Below are positions 53,401-64,000 of a DNA stretch of 64,000 nt, piece by piece; positions within the stretch are counted from its first letter, which is position 1, and the number at the start of each line of letters is the position of its first letter. Origin of the DNA: Cycas panzhihuaensis (taxonomy: Eukaryota; Plantae; Cycadophyta); NCBI GenBank assembly GCA_023213395.1, contig CM041465.1, positions 184,271,741 through 184,335,740 on the forward strand, read 5' to 3'. The position numbers were made by a program, and so were the translations under genes. The notes under the pieces were generated by a model. The model was not told the DNA's origin, searched no databases, and saw only the letters and a list, made by a program, of their open reading frames with translations.

Positions 53401-54627
53401 AATAGTATAAAATAACCTCCTTCTCAAATGAAAATCTACAATATAACTTTATTTATAACTCTAAAATAGGCTTCAAATAATGTTCTATTAAAATTTATGA
53501 TATAACTCCTTTGTATAACTTTAAATATCTTCTAAAATTATCTTAAAAAATCACTAAAGTACAATTTTAAAACAACTTCACAATTGCTTTTAACATGGCT
53601 AATAATATAATAGTACAACCCAAAAAAAAAATTAATGAAAATAATAATATTAATAGCCCAAATATTTTAAAAAATAACCTATAAAATATGTAAAAGATTT
53701 TAAAATTTTACTTTCAAATATAACCAGTAAATTTACATTTTTAGAGGTTAAAACATGCATTAAAAGGTTCCTAAAAGATAGCATTAGAAGGCTTTTAAAA
53801 TGATAAATGAATAAGCTCAAAAGATAGTCCTAAGGAATTTGAACCTTAGACTTTAATACCAAATGTTAGATTTTAGAATGGAGCTTTAATACCACTATGT
53901 TGTAAATAAGGTGTGAAACTAATATAAACCCAATAATAAACAAGAAGTAGTGAGTGAAAGAATAATAAAATGAATCATGAGATAGATAAAGCATATACAA
54001 GTTAGACACAACACTGGTAGAAGAATGAGCAAACTTCAAATTATATATATATGATGTACATACTTATAATACAAATCACCATATATATGAGAACCCTAAA
54101 GGTTAACCATTATATACTCTTACACATTTCTATGTGGGATATAACTTAAAGTAATCTCCAATATAAAATACAACAAATAGATGAGAGAGTATAAATGGTG
54201 TTAATCATGTAATTGTATATTACATCTAATATTCTCAAGAATTTAAACCTTAGACTCTAATACCATGTTTGAATTAGAATGTAAAACTATGATACAACCA
54301 TGTTGGAATTAAGGTGTGAAGCTAATGTGGACTCAACAATAAACAAGAAGTGGTAAGTGAAAGAATAATAAAAAGAAGTATAAAGAATAAAGTATGCATA
54401 AGTAAACACAAAGAATTAGGAAGAATGGACAAACTTTGAATTATGTAAATGTAGTGTACATACTTATAACTCACCATATGTGTGAGAACCCTTAATGCTC
54501 AATTATTATATATTATCACACATTTCTATATGGCACACAAGCTAAAGTGACCTATAATATAAAATACAAAAAATATGAGAGAGTGTATAAATAGACCCAA
54601 TAATATAATTGGATATTATATCCAATA
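47489..54627 (-). mobile_element. Tandem array of non-autonomous LTR units (LARD/TRIM-like) with four LTRs of about 330 bp
   Basis: LTRs at 47504-47833, 50560-50893, 53898-54231 and 54301-54627, each with an iMet PBS-like sequence on the left. The two long internals share about their first 1 kb. Confidence 0.88.
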
Positions 54628-54917
54628 TATTTTTCTTTCGTATATGCAAAAGCATATATGAGATACATCATGTTATTTCTTTGCTTTACAATTTTTATAA
54701 CTTTATTTTTTGCTATGCATCCTTATTAAAATAAGGAGTGGTCTTGCTCTTATTAGTTGATTAAATTAATTAATTAAGGTATTTAAAGTAGACTAGGCTA
54801 TTATACTCTTTGTGATCTAATGCAATATTATTTCTTGCAATCCTTATCTAATTTTTCTTATGTCATTCCTCTCATTTTATTATTAAAATTTAGTCTTATT
54901 CGTTCATATTTTTGACA

Positions 54918-57659
54918 TGGTATTGAAGGCCATGGTTCATTATATGCAAAAATTTTAAGTTTATTCATACATATCAATTTATTGGCATATTATTTTTGTA
55001 GTGCAAGGCTTGATTGTTGATTCTTGTAGCTTCTTAGTGAACCCATGAGGGTTTTTATTAGAGGAAGTGCATCATTTTCATCGTAGGGGCATTTTTGGCA
55101 ATATTAGGCACTTAAATTACCTTGTTTTTGCAAATTTCTTACTCATGGGACTATTCCTAACAAATCTAAGAACTAGTTAGCATTGATTTTTGCCTTTTAA
55201 TCAAGTTATTTTGATCTAAATATGCCTTAGAAAATTAAGGAATGGATAACCTCTTAAACCCTATTTCTTGCAAATTTCACAAAAATTAGCTTATTTCTCA
55301 TATATTTTTTATTAAAAATATGTGGATCAGGTTAATAGTTCTTTATTCTAGACTTCAAATAGAAGAAATTACTTCAAAATAATTCCATTTGATCGATGAA
55401 AGCCTCTTAAGTATGCATGGGCAGCTTTTAGGAAGTGGTGGATTTGTAAATCTATAAAAATTTCATTGTAGATTTGTAAAATTTACTTTGCATTTTATTT
55501 TTCCAATATTTGATTAAATTAAATTAAATTGGAATATGTTTCAAGTTTGCAACTTAAGTATTTTTAGCTATTGGTTATGTGGTAAGGGGACTTAGACTTT
55601 AAAATGTTGCTAAGTGTTGTAACTCATCCATTTAGTATCTGTATTAAAAAATTTTAGTTATTTCCATCATATATTTAGATGTATTTTCACTTTATAAGAC
55701 CAAAGTTATAATCTAAACTTGCGATCATTGAGTCCCTTTATAAACTCATGCTTGGTGTGAGCAAACTGGTTATATTAGTCCCTTTATAACCATGTTAAGT
55801 GTGAGCATAACTGGTTATATTTTTCTAGATGTACAAAAACTTAATGGTAAGAACTATATAATTTAGAAATTAAAATTTTTTAATATTTGGCACTTGAAAA
55901 GTTGATGAAAGTAGTTGAAGGGAAGGAGCCAAAACTAGTTTGAACCTTCCATCAAGCCACAATTAGTTCTGCACATTCAACCTTAATTATTACATCTAAA
56001 GATGTTGAAGATTAGGAGGATTGAGACAAAGAGGCATTAGCAATTATGAAACTATCCATTACTAATGAATTTATTACTCATCTTCAAGGCAAAATGTCAT
56101 CTGCAGATGCATGAAAAACTCCTAAAGATATATATAAGACCAAAAATAAAATAAGAGTTTTGTACTTAAGAAACTTATTATACTCATGTAAGATGATTAT
56201 AGATGATTTTATCTTTATATACTTGCAAAAATTAAAGAAGATTAGAGATCAACTTATTGCAATTGGTGGGAAGGTAGAAGATGGGGAGCTTGTGAGTATA
56301 ACTCTTCATAATATATATGAAGACTATCATATATTTATAACTAGTTTATGTTTGACTGAAAGAGCTCAGTTGCTTGTGTTTGAAGAGCTTGTTAGACTTC
56401 TCCTACATGAAGAGTAATGCATGGATTATTACATAGGTAGCAATAATGGCATGGTGTTGTCTTTTTAATTTAAAAGAAAGCTTTAGATAGATGCTCTTAA
56501 GTAAACTTTGCTATTTTCTCATAGCATAGGTGAATCCAAGGGTAAAACTAAAATGGATATCACATGCACATATTGTAACAAAAATGGTCACTTTGAAAAG
56601 AACTACTAGAAGAAAAAAATAGACAAAAAGAAAGTTGAAAAAACTATAGCTCTATTTATTGATGATGATAAGGTCTTTGCATTTAGTGCTATTTCTAGCA
56701 CTAATGGGACTTGGTACATTAATTCAAGTGCCTCAAACCATATTATTTTCTAGAAAGGTTAGTTTAATGAATTTAAGGATTGATGTAATTAGATTGTTGT
56801 TATAGGTGACGATAGTTAGCACAAGGTAGTTTGATAGGGTATGATTATTCTTAATCAATTTAGTGACAAAAAGAAAATCTTAAATGTGTTGTATATACCT
56901 TCTTTTAAGTGTAACTTGCTCTCTATAAGTCATGTGTCTAAGATTAACTTGAAGTTTGTATTTGATATCGTCAATTATGTCATTAAGGATGGCAAGTTTG
57001 TAATAGCTCAAGAAGTCAAAGAGAAAGGTCTGTATAAATTTTCTAGCTCATTTAAGCATAGTCTTGTTGCAAGTTTATTTAATATATTATGGTATGACTA
57101 CTATGGTCATTGAAATTATCACAATCTGTAGTTATTGAACAAGCTACAAATAGTGCATGATCTTCCTCTTGTACAAAAAGATAATAAAATTTATAGTCCA
57201 TATGATTTAGGGAAATAACATAGAGAAAAATTTGTTAAGTCCACTTAATAAGTTAAGGATAAATTAGAATTTGTTCATTCTAACTTATATAGATCAAACA
57301 CACCAATCTCACTTGGAGGAGCTAAATACTTGGTGATCTTCATTGATGACTTAACTAGGAGGACTTGCGTCTTCCTTCAGAAGAATAAGTTAAAGGCATT
57401 TATAAAATTCAAGAGTTTAAAGGTAGAGTAGAAAATGTCTCTAAGAAGAAGATAAAGATTATAAGGAGTAACAATAGAGGTGAGTACTTATTATCTAAGT
57501 TTATTTCTTTCTATAAGGATCATGACATCATGCATTAGTTGACTACGTGTTATATAGTACAGTAGAATGGTATGGTTGAGAGGAAGAATTACACCATTAA
57601 TGAGATGGCTAGGTGTGTGCTTAAAGCTAAGAATGTGTCTCATGGTTTTTGGGGTGAAG

Positions 57660-57712
<53 letters not shown>

Positions 57713-58134
57713 TTTTAAATAGAAGTCCAATTATAGTTATTCAAAATATAACTCTTGAGGAGGTTTAGTTAGGAAGGAAACATTTTGTTTATAATCTTTG
57801 AGTCTTTGGTTATACTACTTTTATTTATATACCTAATGTAAATAGACAAAAGCTTGATAATAAAGTCACAAATATGTTCTTCTTGAGTATAGTAAGTTAG
57901 CTAAGGAAAATAAACTTTGGGTTCCCTCAAAGAGGAAGATTGTAATTATAACGGATGTCCTTTTTGATGAATCTAATAAGGGAATAATCCTAATTATAAA
58001 TGTTAATACAAAAAGCAAGGAAGTAAAGTATGAGATTGATGAAAAGAGTAAAGAGAGTAAGGAAACTCCTATAGATATTTCTTCTTCCTCTAATCCTCAA
58101 AGAAAGCTACCTAAGTGTTATACTCAGACCATAA
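54918..58134 (+). pseudogene. Old Ty1/Copia element H: PBS, leader, gag, PR, integrase
   Basis: ...TTGACA|TGGTATTGAAG; KLNGKNY, IRDQLIAIG, CTYCNKNGH, WYINSSAS, KYLVIFIDD; many deamination-type stops. The start of the upstream LTR could not be fixed. Confidence 0.88.
57661..57709. repeat. (TA)n expansion inside H integrase
   Basis: Directly visible. Confidence 0.95.
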
Positions 58135-61100
58135 TGTTAGAAGATAATATTTAATATGTAAATGTTTAATGTGCTTAGGTGTAAGTTATGTCTTAGAGTC
58201 ATTAATGTGATAGTCCCAAGTATTATGTAAAGGTCAATAGGTCTACGCATTATATTGTTGTTAAGTGAGTAGTTGAAAGGTCATTGGTTAGTTACTAGGT
58301 GAAAAGTCATTGGGTATATCAAAGGTCACTCGTCCCATATGTAACTCACCTCATCTCATATATTCCTACCTATGATGTATAAATAGGTGAGTGAGGTACG
58401 GTAGTATCATCAAGTTATCATGAAGACTCATGTTAAGTCTATGGTATAGTAGTATCATGATGTAATAATCTTTGATTTAAGTTAATATAGTTTACATTTT
58501 ATTCATTGATCTTATTGATTGGTGTTGATGTTGAATGCCCTCCATGTTAAAAGTTTAACATGGTATCTGAGCAAGTTTTATGTTAAGGCTGTTGTTGTAT
58601 AGGTTCACCAAGTTTTTGATAAGAGAGGAGGTGGCTCTATTAAGTCAATTGTTAGATTGAAGATTTGAATTATGAAGGTGAAGTCCCAAGGCCATCACTA
58701 TTTTAAGGTATGCAAAGTAGTGATACAAGACAAAATTTATTTTGGGTAATTCTATTTTGTTATTTTGTTATAAGGAAAAGATTATAAAGTAGGGTTTCAT
58801 GAAGTCTTTGGTTGATGATATTAAAACTGTGACATGTGTGAAGAAATTAGTGATGATATATTTTTTGTAGAGAACCAAGTGAAGTGTTGGGTATATTTAA
58901 GGATTTTGTGATGAAAATTTTTGATAAAATTAGAGTGCCTTATTTCCTTCTAGAATAAAATCAGTAAAACTCTAGTTGTTGAGGAGACCATTGTGCCAAA
59001 TAGTTATAAGAAAAAGGACTCTCCAAAAAAGGGGAGAAAGTAGCTACCTCTTCAAACTACTGCATAAAGTATCATGGAATGAAGAGCTATGGAGGATGAA
59101 GTAAATATCCCTACACATATGAAGAAGGTTAGAAGGACCACTGTCCATAAAACCTACGTGGAAAGTCTGCATGATTGAAATGGGTTATCGAGGGAGGTAA
59201 TGCAACGATCAAAGAGGCACTTATAAGAGTGCTTGTGTTGATCATCTCCATCCCTAAGGCAGCTTCATTCAGTTCAACAAGAAGGTAAAAATAGACTCTT
59301 TTTAATATTTTTAACATGGTTGCAATATAACCCCTAGAGAATCAAACGTAGAATCTCCTATAAATTCAAATTAGAAAACCCTTTGTATTACCCAGTCTAA
59401 CTTTGGCAATTTCTTCCTCTTCATGGATTTCACCTTATTAGTCTATTCCCTCTAAACCACCTTGTAATTATTAGAAATATTAGCTTTGTACTCTCTGTAA
59501 GAATGCTAGAGGAACTAGAGAGGTGGAACCCCATTGAATACTCTCTTCCCGGTGGTCATCATTCATAGAGGATTCAAGTTTTTGGCAATTGATGGGTTGG
59601 AAAGCATTACACGATCTATATCTTTATGATTCCAGCTTTGTATTGTCTTTGATTACTTCATGATATAATGGCTAATAAGGGCATGCCGATGCCAAGTGGA
59701 GCCAGGCTGTGAGGATGTGATAAAATGAGGGAACCAAGGGTTTCAGTCACTAGAAAATATTTTGATGAATGACGTAGAAGGATAATCGTGTTAATTTTGA
59801 CTAGCTTGGAGAATAGTAAATTCAAGTCAATATTCATAGGCGATATTGACGATTTTTTGGAAGAAAAAGTTATGAGTAAAATTTAATTACATTGGAAGTT
59901 TTTGTTTTGAATCCATGGATGCCAAAGTCTTTAGTGCAGATTTATTTATTTTATTCAATGTCAAAATTGGGGTTAATTAGATTGAAATTTACCTTCAAGT
60001 CTACTAGCCCCCTAGTAGTCAAAAGCCTCGATCATATAAGAGCTACAATAAGACCAATTGTTTAGCATCTAAAGGGGATAATTTCCTAATAACATAAACT
60101 TCTTCTTCATAAAGAGGTTCTTATACATTTTGCCTCATATATCTCCATCCACATATTTATTTTTCAAATGGTTTGAGGCTTGGAACAATATTTCAGATAC
60201 ATATATTTTGGTATGTGATTTGAGGTATTCTTCTATTGATTTGATAGATTTATTTCATGTTGAATTGAGTGAATTACTCAATCTTACATTATAAAGTTAG
60301 AGGATATTATTATTTTTATACAAGAAAAGAATGAATTTTAGATAATAGATAGTAACATAGCCTTACCCAAATATATTGGAACTAATTTTAAAATTTTTAA
60401 AATTAAAATGGAATGTATATTTATGTTTAAAAAACTATAGAAAATTATTCCTAATGGTCCTACATTGATTAATGAAGAAGGGGGGGAAATTTTCAAAAAG
60501 AAGAATATAGTAACTATTTATGCGATGTTTATAACTTTTGATAAGGAAAACCTTCCTCCTTCCTATTAGTTCCTCATTTATACACTTCAAAATATTAATT
60601 CTGTTAAAGAGGCTTAGAGCTTGCTAAAGGAAGTGCATGAAAAGACCAGTAAAGAGGTGTAGGAGATTGTTAAAAAGATAAATCAAGTTTGTGATGCAGG
60701 TAATAAGTATGAATCAGGAGAAAAGTATACTCTTGGAGAGTAGGCTACATGTAACAACCTGACTAAGAACCAAAAAAAGAAGCTAAAGAGGAAAGAAAAA
60801 AGGAGGAATGCAAATAATTAGGTTGATTTTGGTAAGGATAAAGTTCTTATAGACTCATCTAATGTTCTTAAGGAAGTTGAAAAGATGTTTGAATATGTTT
60901 TTAAGGATAGGTCCTCCATTGTTGAGGAAATAAGTAAACATAATACTTATGAACCCTTGTTGAATATTCCTAAAAATAAACTAAGTACTAAAGTAACAAA
61001 TGGGCCTAATTACTACCATTTGAAATCTAAAGAAGAAGATAAAAATAAAGATTTAATCTCACTAAACACTTTGAGCCTCAAAATGTTGAAAAAGAAGACT

Positions 61101-62521
61101 ACATTACAAATTATTGAAAGGATGGAGGTTAAAAAACCTAAAAAGAATTTCAGAAAGCATCTATTACAAGTGGTGTATTATGGAGACACAACTACTTTAG
61201 TAGAAAGTTTAGGTAATATTAACTTAATTTGTATTGATAGATTTGTTGTTAGGTTCCAAATGATATCAGGCTATATGGTTATTTACATATGTACAAGACT
61301 TTGTATGATCACACTTAATTTAGCAACATTTTTTGTCCTTATCCTTGAAAGAATTCAAATTATGTTAACATATCCTACAATGGCTCTAGAAGATTCATTC
61401 AAAGAAAGAAAGGATACAATTGGAATGTCATTTGGTCAAAATCTTGTCCACCAAGATTATTGTATATTTTGGGTAGGTTATTTAGTCATAAAAGTCAATC
61501 ATATTGAAATGATATACCATCTTTATGTAACCATAATTGGGAAGTATGTACATATGATCATGACATACATTCTCATCATATTTGGTACAACAAAAGATCC
61601 CTTGGATGATGTAGAGAAAACAAAGTATTTTACTAGTTCAAGATAAGTACTTGCACTTGTGGAGCTAGGAAAGAAATTATTGTCTCTCATTTCGTTTTAT
61701 GAGAATATTTATTGGCTTAATGAGTTGATCATACGTATTGTCTTGGAGACAAATAAGGATGAATCCTTTCTCTTCATGGAAATCTTAAAATCCAAATCAC
61801 ATGTTGCCAAATTTGATCATAGAGATAATAATCAAAAGATATCACACCTATAATTGGAATACCTAAATACTATAACAGAATTAGGAGATGATAGAATAAG
61901 CATGGCATATAGGCTTTGCTACATTTAAGTTGAAGATCGGGCCTATAATATCATCTTCAAGAAGATTTCCAAATTGAGGCGCTGTAAATTCAAACAACAT
62001 CTCATGTTTTATCTTGTGTTAGTTTTGTTGTTAGTCAATAATACTAAGTGTCATGATATCTTTAGTATTCAATTTTTGTGGTCTTGACATTAAACATTAA
62101 GAGGAGTGTTAGAAGATAATGTTTAATGTATAAATATTTAATGTACTTAGGTGTAAGTTATATCTTAGAGTTATTAATATGATAGTCCTAAGTATTATAT
62201 AAAAGTCTATAGGTCCATATATTATAATGTTGTTAAGTGAGTAGTTAAAAGGTCATTGGTCAGTTAATAGGTGAAAAGTTATTAGGTATATTAAAGGTCA
62301 ATTGTCCCACATGTAACTCACCTCATCTCATATGTTCCCATCTATGATGTATAAATAGGTGAGTGAGGTAGAGTAGTATCATCAAGTCATTATGGAGACT
62401 CATATTAAGTCTATGGTGTAGTAGTATCATCTTTGATTTAAGTTAATATAGTTTATATTTTATTCATTGATCTTATTGATTAGTGTTGATGTTAAATGCC
62501 CCCCATGTTAAAAGTTTAACA
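58135..62521 (+). mobile_element. Non-autonomous LTR element I (LARD-like) nested in H
   Basis: LTRs 58135-58560 and 62107-62521; TSD CATAA; PBS TGGTATCTGAGC; PPT TAAGAGGAG; no clear RT or INT motifs. Confidence 0.95.
60885..61646 (+). CDS. 253-aa ORF of unknown function inside element I
   Basis: Open frame in very AT-rich DNA, continuing in frame to 61853 past one stop; no recognised domain. Confidence 0.35.
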   Translation: MFEYVFKDRSSIVEEISKHNTYEPLLNIPKNKLSTKVTNGPNYYHLKSKEEDKNKDLISLNTLSLKMLKKKTTLQIIERMEVKKPKKNFRKHLLQVVYYGDTTTLVESLGNINLICIDRFVVRFQMISGYMVIYICTRLCMITLNLATFFVLILERIQIMLTYPTMALEDSFKERKDTIGMSFGQNLVHQDYCIFWVGYLVIKVNHIEMIYHLYVTIIGKYVHMIMTYILIIFGTTKDPLDDVEKTKYFTSSR

Positions 62522-64000
62522 CATAAAAGATTCCAATGCTAGTGATATTAACACTAGTATAAGTGTTCAAACATGAAATAAGCTTAATTTTTCCTTAATA
62601 TCTAATGTTCTAAATATTGATGAACTAGAGTCATTTACATAAGCTAAGGATGTACCCCACTAGTAGACAATTATGTAAGAGGAGTATAAATCTAGTCTAA
62701 GGAATGATATGAGGGATCTTATTAAGCTTCATTCAAGGAAGAAAGTTATTGGTTACAGAAGGGTGTATAAGGTGAAGTATCGATCTAATGGTGACATTGG
62801 CTAATATAAGGCTCAACTTATGGCTAAAGGATATGTGCAAATCAAACTTATAGACTTTGATGAGACCTTTGCATTTACAACTTAAATGACTATTATTTGA
62901 ATGCCTATTACTCTTACATATTATTTTGGTTGGGAGCTTTATCAAATAAATGTTAAGGGCACTTTTTTTTATGGAATTCTAGATGAGAAGGTTCTTACAC
63001 AACAACTTGAAGGCTTTATGCAAGTTGGTAAAGAGCATTTTATATGTAGCCTAAAGAAAGCCTCATATGGGCTTAAGTAATTATTAAGGTCATGACATTT
63101 ATTTATTAATAAATACTTCATCTCTTCTAGATTCACTAGGTGTGAATTAGACCATAACTTGTATATTAAAAATAAGGATGGTGAGATACTTATTATAATT
63201 CTCTGTGTAGATGATGTTATTATCATTGGTAGCATCACATTATAGATCAACTATCTCAAAAAATATTTGTTTGAAGTTTTTGAGATATTTGGACTTAGTA
63301 TTCCATATTACTATCTTGGTATGGAGTTTTGGTAGAATGATGACATCTTTATAGTTTATTAAGATGTTTTTATATGGAGTATTTTATGTCAATGGCCATC
63401 TCATAGAAATTGATTTCCAATTAACTAAGGAGGTGGATAATAGGACTATTAATGGTACTTTGTATAGGTAGTTAGTGGATAGCCTCATTTTCCTCATTAA
63501 TACTAGGCCAAAATTAATTATATTATTGGTGTTATAGCTTACTTTATGAGTTCTCCATCTATCTCTCATTGGAAGGTAACAAAGTACATACTAAGGTATG
63601 TCAAGGGTACTAATGGATTTAGACTTTTATTTTATAGAGTTGATGAGTTTAAAGTGCATGGCTATACTAATTGAGATTGCATTAGAGATGTTGATGACTA
63701 TATATCTACTTTAGGACATGCATTTACATCTAGTTCTAGTGTGATTTCTTGGTGTAGTAAGAAGAAGGCAATTATTTATTATAGTTGTAACTACTTGTGA
63801 GGCAATTTAGTTGAAGAGACTACATGGACACTTCGAGCTTTTGTAGGATGATCCTACATTACTATTTTATGACTATTAGTATCAATCTAATTGTTAAAGA
63901 ACCCTATCTTTCAAAGAAAGTCAAAGTATATAAAATTACATCATCATTTTATTTAGGATTAAATGTAGAGTAGAGCAGTTCAGTTAGTATATTACCCAAT
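62522..64000 (+). pseudogene. Copia H RT and RNase H, resuming after I
   Basis: KKVIGYRRVYKVKY, YKAQLMAKGY, IILCVDDV, ISWCSKK, IKLHHHF; heavily decayed. Confidence 0.9.

Overview
Plant heterochromatic DNA, probably from a large-genome gymnosperm or fern (inferred from the element types), made almost entirely of nested LTR retrotransposons. No host gene can be supported. The left third is a four-tier nest. Copia D (minus strand) is interrupted inside its YVDD codons by Copia C. C is interrupted in its RT by the Athila-like Gypsy A, and A is interrupted in its integrase tail by the full-length Athila-like Gypsy B (2117-12401, TSD AGGAC). D is also interrupted by full-length Copia E (17892-24159, TSD CTTTC). 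Further right are LTR and pol fragments, about 3.5 kb of non-TE-like DNA, a gag+protease-only Gypsy element G (33721-37513), a decayed hAT transposase, a tandem array of four related LTRs with non-coding internals (47.5-54.6 kb), and an old Copia H interrupted by non-autonomous element I (58135-62521, TSD CATAA). Main observations: (1) A and B carry homologous accessory ORFs after pol, and each has a different short motif clustered both in its LTR and in the spacer before that ORF, reminiscent of the VANDAL/VANC anti-silencing arrangement (hypothesis). (2) B carries two extra capsid-like repeats between protease and RT. (3) B's many frameshifts look like long-read errors at methylated sites, so B may really be intact.
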